Assembly (NCBI GenBank): GCA_965204375.1
Contig: OZ241986.1
Coordinates: forward strand, 3,360,001-3,424,000
Direction: 5' to 3'
Source of the DNA: Candidatus Latescibacterota bacterium
Lineage (GTDB): Bacteria > Latescibacterota > UBA2968
Length of the DNA stretch: 64,000 nt
The notes under the pieces were generated by a model that did no database searches, was not told where the DNA came from, and was given only the letters and a program-made list of their open reading frames with translations. Position 1 is the stretch's first letter. Every line of letters starts with the position of its first letter. The position numbers were made by a program, and so were the translations under genes. This document shows positions 58,383-64,000 of this stretch, piece after piece.

Positions 58383-59642
58383 GTGAAAAGTTCGTTGACA
58401 GATTTGAAGGAAGTTTTCGAGAGCAAAGAGACAAAGGAATGGCGTTGTCCCCAATTGAAGGAAATTGCAGGGATCAACCCTCGTCGCCCCAGAGACCTTA
58501 AGCGGTCAGATGAAACACTGACGACCTTTGTCCCAATGCCTTCTGTCGATGAAACTTCGGGAACCATTGCAAATCCATTGGAAAAGTCTTTTGGAGAGGT
58601 CAAAAAAGGATACACCTATTTTGAAGAAAATGATGTTCTATTTGCCAAAATTACACCCTGCATGCAGAACGGAAAACACGTTATAGCGAGAAATTTGATT
58701 GACGGGATCGGTTTTGGCACGACCGAATTTCATGTCATCAGACCAGGGGACGAAGTCATACCTGAATGGATACATCTCTATATCCGCCAACCGGCGATTC
58801 TCAATGAAGCAGCCACACACTTCACAGGATCAGTGGGTCAACAAAGGGTCCCGTCATACTTTCTTGAAGACCTTGCGATGCCCCTCCCCCCTCTCTCCGA
58901 ACAAAAACGCATCACCGACATTCTCAATGACCACATGGCCGACATCGCACGCGCCCGTGCTGCTGCTGAGGCACAATTGGAAGCTGCTGAGGCTTTATCG
59001 GCTGCGTATTTGCGAGAAATTTTTGAGAGTAAAGAGGCAAAGCAATGGCCCAAAGTACGTTTGGGAGATCACGCAAGTAAGATTGGAAGTGGTGTCACGC
59101 CTCGAGGTGGGCAATCGGCGTATAAACCTGAAGGGATCCCACTGATTCGTAGCCAAAATATCTATTTGAATAGATTTGTTCCTAATGGGCTTGTTTTCAT
59201 AGACCAAGAACAAGATCAAAAAATGTGCAATAGCCGTGTAGAGAAGGGAGATGTGTTATTAAATATCACGGGAGCCTCCATTGGCAGAGTATGTGTGGTT
59301 CCAGATCAAATTTGTCCTGCCAATGTAAATCAGCATGTAAGTATTATTCGCATTGATATCCTAAATCCTTATTATTTATCGTTTTATATATCAAATCCTG
59401 TTTTTCAAAGCTTTATAATGGACTCTCAATCAGGTGCGACTCGACAAGCTCTGACAAAAAACATGATCGAGAATTTTTTGATTCCTTGCCCTCCGACAAA
59501 AATCCAATTAAAAATAGTTAAGGATATATTACATAGAATCAAAATATCAGAAAAAATCATAACTGATCTGAGAATGCAGATGCAGACTATTGATGCTATT
59601 CCATCGGCTGTATTAAATAAAGCCTTCAACGGCGAACTTTGA
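58383..59642 (+). CDS. hsdS: Type I RM specificity subunit
   Basis: Two TRDs (FAKITPCMQNGK...GSVGQQRV; GSGVTP...NVNQHV), PLPPLSEQKRI, terminal KAFNGEL. Confidence 0.93.
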   Translation: MKSSLTDLKEVFESKETKEWRCPQLKEIAGINPRRPRDLKRSDETLTTFVPMPSVDETSGTIANPLEKSFGEVKKGYTYFEENDVLFAKITPCMQNGKHVIARNLIDGIGFGTTEFHVIRPGDEVIPEWIHLYIRQPAILNEAATHFTGSVGQQRVPSYFLEDLAMPLPPLSEQKRITDILNDHMADIARARAAAEAQLEAAEALSAAYLREIFESKEAKQWPKVRLGDHASKIGSGVTPRGGQSAYKPEGIPLIRSQNIYLNRFVPNGLVFIDQEQDQKMCNSRVEKGDVLLNITGASIGRVCVVPDQICPANVNQHVSIIRIDILNPYYLSFYISNPVFQSFIMDSQSGATRQALTKNMIENFLIPCPPTKIQLKIVKDILHRIKISEKIITDLRMQMQTIDAIPSAVLNKAFNGEL

Positions 59643-59660
59643 CATTACAATGAGGTATTC

Positions 59661-61352
59661 ATGACAAAAGCAGGACTATCCACAGCGCAATCCGTCGATA
59701 GCGCGATCAAAAGCATCTGCGACATCATGCGGCGATCCAACTGCGCGGGCGCAATGCAGTATGTACCAGAACTGACATGGATTTTATTCCTCCGCATCCT
59801 GGACGAGCGCGAAGGACAAGAAGAAATGATGGCGGAAGCTGTCGGACAACACTATATCCCATCATTAGAAGCACCGTATCGCTGGCGCGATTGGGCTGCA
59901 CCAGATGGCGCAAAACGCACAGAACTTCAAGAAGGCACACTGGGTTCATTCTTTACCTTCGTGAACGAAGACCTCCTGTCCCACTTGAAAGAACTGCGGG
60001 ACAAACCCAACGCCACCGCACGGCAAAAAATCATCAGCGAAGTCATGTCTGGCGTTGAAAGGGTTCGCATTGACACCGAGCGCAATATGCTCGATGTGCT
60101 AGACCGCGTCCACGAAATCAAAGACGAATCCATTGACCCAACCCATGTCTTTCCCCTATCGCAAGTCTATGAAGGTCTCTTACTCCGCATGGGCGAAAAA
60201 GGCAACGATGGCGGTCAATTCTTCACACCTCGAGAAGTCGTCCGCGCTTTGATTCGCACAGTCGATCCCAAAATCGGTGAAACCGTGTACGACCCGGCGT
60301 GCGGCACCGGAGGTTTTCTGGCTCAGGCTTATGAGCACATGCATCACAACCTCGGCGCCGACGCCACTCCCGATCAACTCGACATCCTCAAAACACAAAC
60401 GTTCTACGGACGCGAAAAAGAAAATTTGATCTATCCCATCGCCCTTGCCAATCTGGTGCTTCACGACATTGACCAGCCTCACATCTGGCATGGCAACACG
60501 CTCACGGGCAATGAAGAATATGGCGGGCTTTTTCTCCATGCACCACCGCTATTTGACGTAGTGCTGATGAATCCGCCCTTTGGTGGCAAAGAAGGCAAAG
60601 ACGCTCAAACGCAATTTGCTTACAAAACAGGAGCCACACAGGTTCTCTTTTTACAACACATCATAGACAGCCTCACACCAGGCGGACGCTGCGGCATTGT
60701 GCTGGACGAAGGCATTTTATTTCGAACAAACGAAAAAGCCTTTGTACAGACCAAACGTAAACTCGTCGAAGAGTGCAACCTGTGGTGCATTGTGAGCCTG
60801 CCCCCTGGCGTCTTCACATCGGCAGGGGCTGGTGTGAAAACCAATCTGCTCTTCTTCTCAAAAGGTGAACCTACAACAGAAATCTGGTATTACGATCTGT
60901 CAGACGTAAAAGTAACAAAAACGCAACCTCTAACGTCGAAACACTTCGAAGACTTTTTCAAACGGATGCCCAAACGCGAAGAAAGCGAAAAAAGCTGGAC
61001 AGTAGATCTCCCCCAACGCAAAAAAGACGCCCTCAAAGAATCTGCGCCCCTCTATAAACAAGCCGATTCCAAAAGCCGAAAAGCCGATGAAATCAAAGTT
61101 CAATTGATGGCTATGACAAAGGGAATGGATGACGACAAAGTGCTGGAAACGCAGGAAGGAGAACTGCGGCGAGATGCGCGAGAATTGAAGAACCGAGCAC
61201 AGGCAATTGACGACGCAGTTTATGACCTCAAAGCCGTCAACCCCAACAGCATCGTCGAAGAAGACACCCGAACTCCCGAAGACCTGCTCAATATCATCGA
61301 GCAAAAAGGAAGAGAAGTCGCCGAAGCCCTATCGGCACTGCGGGGGCTGTAG
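59661..61352 (+). CDS. hsdM: Type I RM N6-adenine methyltransferase
   Basis: GQFFTPR, YDPACGTGGFL, MNPPFGG. Confidence 0.95.
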   Translation: MTKAGLSTAQSVDSAIKSICDIMRRSNCAGAMQYVPELTWILFLRILDEREGQEEMMAEAVGQHYIPSLEAPYRWRDWAAPDGAKRTELQEGTLGSFFTFVNEDLLSHLKELRDKPNATARQKIISEVMSGVERVRIDTERNMLDVLDRVHEIKDESIDPTHVFPLSQVYEGLLLRMGEKGNDGGQFFTPREVVRALIRTVDPKIGETVYDPACGTGGFLAQAYEHMHHNLGADATPDQLDILKTQTFYGREKENLIYPIALANLVLHDIDQPHIWHGNTLTGNEEYGGLFLHAPPLFDVVLMNPPFGGKEGKDAQTQFAYKTGATQVLFLQHIIDSLTPGGRCGIVLDEGILFRTNEKAFVQTKRKLVEECNLWCIVSLPPGVFTSAGAGVKTNLLFFSKGEPTTEIWYYDLSDVKVTKTQPLTSKHFEDFFKRMPKREESEKSWTVDLPQRKKDALKESAPLYKQADSKSRKADEIKVQLMAMTKGMDDDKVLETQEGELRRDARELKNRAQAIDDAVYDLKAVNPNSIVEEDTRTPEDLLNIIEQKGREVAEALSALRGL

Positions 61353-61505
61353 GCAAAAACATGTCTATCCGCAGAAAAAACGCGAGTAATTTGAGCGTTT
61401 TACGCAGATAAAAGCAGATGAACGTTGATTGACTTTCTGTGGTGAGTCTTTTACATTTTCTTGTTAGTTAGAAGAAGTGAAAAAAACATCAACCAGGAGA
61501 TTGTT

Positions 61506-61766
61506 GTGTCATTCATCACAGTAACTCTTGATACTGATCTGGCAGTTCTATTACAGGAACTTAATCAGCCTATTCAAGAAACGGCTCGTGAAATGATTGT
61601 TCTGGAGCTATATCGCCGAGGCAGCATATCCAGTGGCAAAGCGGCTCAATTATTGGACATGTTACGCTGGGAATTTATTCAGCATGCATCTCAATTGGGC
61701 ATTGCTTTCTTTGATCTCAATGCGGAGGAATGGAAACACGAACGACTTCAGGCTGGTGAGCAGTGA
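61506..61766 (+). CDS. UPF0175 family protein (putative antitoxin), orphan
   Basis: LELYRRGSISSGKAAQLLDMLRWEFIQHASQLGI; AGGAG RBS before GTG 61506. Confidence 0.85.
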   Translation: MSFITVTLDTDLAVLLQELNQPIQETAREMIVLELYRRGSISSGKAAQLLDMLRWEFIQHASQLGIAFFDLNAEEWKHERLQAGEQ

Positions 61767-62767
61767 ATAACACGATCAAACCACCGAGATTAAAACCCGG
61801 TGATACTGTGGGAATCGCCTCGCCCGCTGCCTCATTTTTCTCTTTTACTAACAATTGGCTTTCCCGTGCCCAGGCAGCCATTGAAGATCTCGGTTTGAAA
61901 GTTCAAATAGCGAATAATGCACGCCATCAACGCGAACATTTGAATCCAGCCCCCCAATTGCGCGTCAATGATCTTCACGATCTATTTGCTGACCCGGACA
62001 TCAAAGCGTTTTTTTGTCTCTCAGGAGGATCTGGTACCAATGCCCTCCTTCCCCTGCTCGACTGGAATTTGATTGCGCGATCCCCCAAAATCTTGATGGG
62101 ATACAGCGCGAATACAGCCCTGTTACTTGGCATCTACGCACGTCTCAATATGGTCACTTTCCACGGACCAACCCTACTCAACGGTCTCAGCGAATTTCCG
62201 AAACCCTTGAGTTATACACTCGAAAGTATAAAAGAGGTCCTGTTTACACCAACCGCCCCGGGACCATTGGAAGCACCGGAGACCTGGACAGATGATGCGC
62301 CCAGTGAAAACAGCCCGCGCAAAATGAAGAAAAATACTGGTTGGCACTGGCTCAAGGAGGGTAAAGCTCAAGGACCTCTTATAGGTGGCAATCTCCATAC
62401 CCTGCCGATACTGGTTGGCACGCCATTTTGGCCTTCATTTCACGGTAAAATTCTTTATCTGGAAGAAGTCAATATGGGAAACACCGTTCTCATGTATGCC
62501 GAGGAAGCCCTTGCACAATGCCAGCAGATTGGTCTTTTTGAGGAAATTTCTGGTTTGATCGTGGGAAAAATGAACAACCTATCTCAAGACCAGGAAGAGT
62601 TACTTCAATCATTGATTGGTCATTATACATCGGCATTTGATTTTCCCATCCTCACACAAGTAGATATCGGTCATACGAGTCCTCAAATGGTTCTTCCAAA
62701 TGGTATCAAAGCGACGCTTGACTCTGAACAAAATCTCTTTTCCATAGATGAAGCAGCGGTCGTCTGA
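61763..62767 (+). CDS. S66 peptidase (LD-carboxypeptidase/MccF-like)
   Basis: KPPRLKPGDTVGIASP, GYS (Ser), GGNL, LEE (Glu), IGHT (His). Confidence 0.9.
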   Translation: MNNTIKPPRLKPGDTVGIASPAASFFSFTNNWLSRAQAAIEDLGLKVQIANNARHQREHLNPAPQLRVNDLHDLFADPDIKAFFCLSGGSGTNALLPLLDWNLIARSPKILMGYSANTALLLGIYARLNMVTFHGPTLLNGLSEFPKPLSYTLESIKEVLFTPTAPGPLEAPETWTDDAPSENSPRKMKKNTGWHWLKEGKAQGPLIGGNLHTLPILVGTPFWPSFHGKILYLEEVNMGNTVLMYAEEALAQCQQIGLFEEISGLIVGKMNNLSQDQEELLQSLIGHYTSAFDFPILTQVDIGHTSPQMVLPNGIKATLDSEQNLFSIDEAAVV

Positions 62768-62947
62768 AGCCCTATCGGCGCTGCGGGACTGTAGGCTTAA
62801 AAATGGATAAACAATATTGACAAACGAGTTAAAATTTGGGAATTATATGAAGGGTGTGCATAAATCAGTCCCATACGGCAAGTGTGAAATGGCTCGTATA
62901 GACAACCTCTGGCGTCTATCGTAACCATATAGGAAAGGGGGGATCAA

Positions 62948-63454
62948 GTGTACCCATCAATCGCAATTGCAAACTACTTTCTTGATCTTGCGGAAGCTGA
63001 AGACCACTACCTAACACCGCTAAAGCTTCAGAAGCTCGTTTTTATTGCCCACGGATGGCATCTGGCACTCTATGAGGAGCCGCTTATATCGGAGCGTGTA
63101 GAGGCTTGGCGATGGGGTCCGGTCATTAGCCCGGTATATCATGAGTTCAAGTATTATGGGAACACCCCAATCACGGGTCGAGGGGCAATGATTCGCAGGA
63201 TGAGCCAGAATCCTCGCGATATTGTTGAAGATATCCCCGAGGTGGATGCTGATGATATAAAAACCAGAGAATTCCTTGATAAAGTGTGGGAAGTTTACGG
63301 AGGATATACTGGCATACAACTTGCGAACCTGACACATACTAAAAAATCGCCATGGCACCAGGTTTGGTATAAAAAAAATAAAGGTGCTCGGGACAAAGCA
63401 GTAATAGATGACTCCATAATTCAACATTACTATACGAATTCTCCAAACGAGTAA
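62948..63454 (+). CDS. Panacea (DUF4065/GepA-like) antitoxin
   Basis: IANYFL...LTPLKLQKLVFIAHGW...EAWRWGPV...LANLTH...PW. Confidence 0.9.
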   Translation: MYPSIAIANYFLDLAEAEDHYLTPLKLQKLVFIAHGWHLALYEEPLISERVEAWRWGPVISPVYHEFKYYGNTPITGRGAMIRRMSQNPRDIVEDIPEVDADDIKTREFLDKVWEVYGGYTGIQLANLTHTKKSPWHQVWYKKNKGARDKAVIDDSIIQHYYTNSPNE

Positions 63455-63457
63455 TAG

Positions 63458-63868
63458 ATGGACGATACTAATGATTCTGCCTTGAGAGTAAACATTAAAC
63501 CGCCATTGCAAGTACCGGCAAAAAATCCCGATCCAGAGACTTCTAAAGCAAACGAAGCTTTAAAAAGAGCATATAACGAATTAGTCAATCGCCAGTTAGA
63601 ACAAGACATTACTGAGCGAAAGAAGTACGCTAATAGAAGTTTCTGGCTCGTCGTCGGATGGATCTTGGCTATCTTGGCCGTAGTTGGACTGCAAGGATTC
63701 TCGGACAAGACAGGATTCAGTATCTCAGACAACGTTCTGATGACATTGATCGGTGGCACGACTATCAATATCCTCGGCATCTTCATCGTTGTCGCGAATT
63801 ACTTGTTTCCCAAGACAAATGTCGCACCACGCGCCTCGGTATTAAATGGAGGAAAGCAGCAGGGTTGA
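63458..63868 (+). CDS. Two-TM membrane protein, putative Panacea-associated toxin
   Basis: 3 bp after the Panacea gene; two hydrophobic helices after ERKKYANR. Confidence 0.6.
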   Translation: MDDTNDSALRVNIKPPLQVPAKNPDPETSKANEALKRAYNELVNRQLEQDITERKKYANRSFWLVVGWILAILAVVGLQGFSDKTGFSISDNVLMTLIGGTTINILGIFIVVANYLFPKTNVAPRASVLNGGKQQG

Positions 63869-63895
63869 TCCGACACATTTACAAAATCAAAAAAC

Positions 63896-63931
63896 AAAAG
63901 GTCGTGAGGAATAAGTCCTCACGACCTTTTT
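63896..63931. terminator. Bidirectional terminator-like hairpin
   Basis: AAAAGGTCGTGAGGA-loop-TCCTCACGACCTTTT between the convergent CDS and tRNA. Confidence 0.75.
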
Positions 63932-63956
63932 CATATTAAAAAAACAATATATTTTT

Positions 63957-64000
63957 TGGTGACCCCGAGGGGAGTCGAACCCCCGTCTCCAGAGTGAGAG
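63957..64000 (-). tRNA. tRNA-Glu (CTC), 3' half only
   Basis: Minus strand CTCTCAC-TCTGG-AGAC-GGGGG-TTCGACT-CCCCT-CGGGGTC-A-CCA: anticodon loop, T-arm and encoded CCA. Confidence 0.85.

Larger units (their letters stand above)
61323..62796. mobile_element. 1.4-kb cassette bounded by an imperfect ~31-bp direct repeat of the hsdM 3' end
   Basis: GAAGCCCTATCGGCACTGCGGGGGCTGTAGGC (61323-61354) vs GAAGCCCTATCGGCGCTGCGGGACTGTAGGC (62766-62796). Confidence 0.75.

Overview
Bacterial chromosomal window. The NHL-repeat, sulfatase, PhyH, GWxTD and C-terminal twin EF-hand proteins suggest a Latescibacterota/Gemmatimonadota/Poribacteria-like lineage, but this is a weak inference. Housekeeping genes (UbiA-family prenyltransferase, xerC, topA, aceE-aceF-lpdA, mug, ilvD, udk-like, partial tRNA-Glu) are interrupted by three accessory regions. 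(1) An approximately 18 kb block between topA and xerC. Its core is a tightly packed 8-gene minus-strand operon: Zn-ribbon protein, membrane vWA protein, membrane trypsin-like protease, a large tubulin/FtsZ-like GTPase, Zn-ribbon/Hsp70 ATPase, membrane-anchored GrpE-like protein, and a ZorA/ZorB-like (MotAB-type) motor pair with no ZorC/D/E nuclease or helicase. This is the best candidate for an undescribed system. (2) A Ppl-like PHP-ATPase plus a Schlafen/AlbA_2 protein wedged between aceE and aceF. (3) A type I RM locus beside tRNA-Glu, split by integrase-less cassettes bounded by direct repeats that duplicate the 3' ends of hsdR and hsdM. These carry Panacea-HicB-HicA, a putative nuclease-DUF4020-like plus HEPN-like pair, and orphan antitoxins. 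All family calls come from motifs read by eye; no database searches were run.
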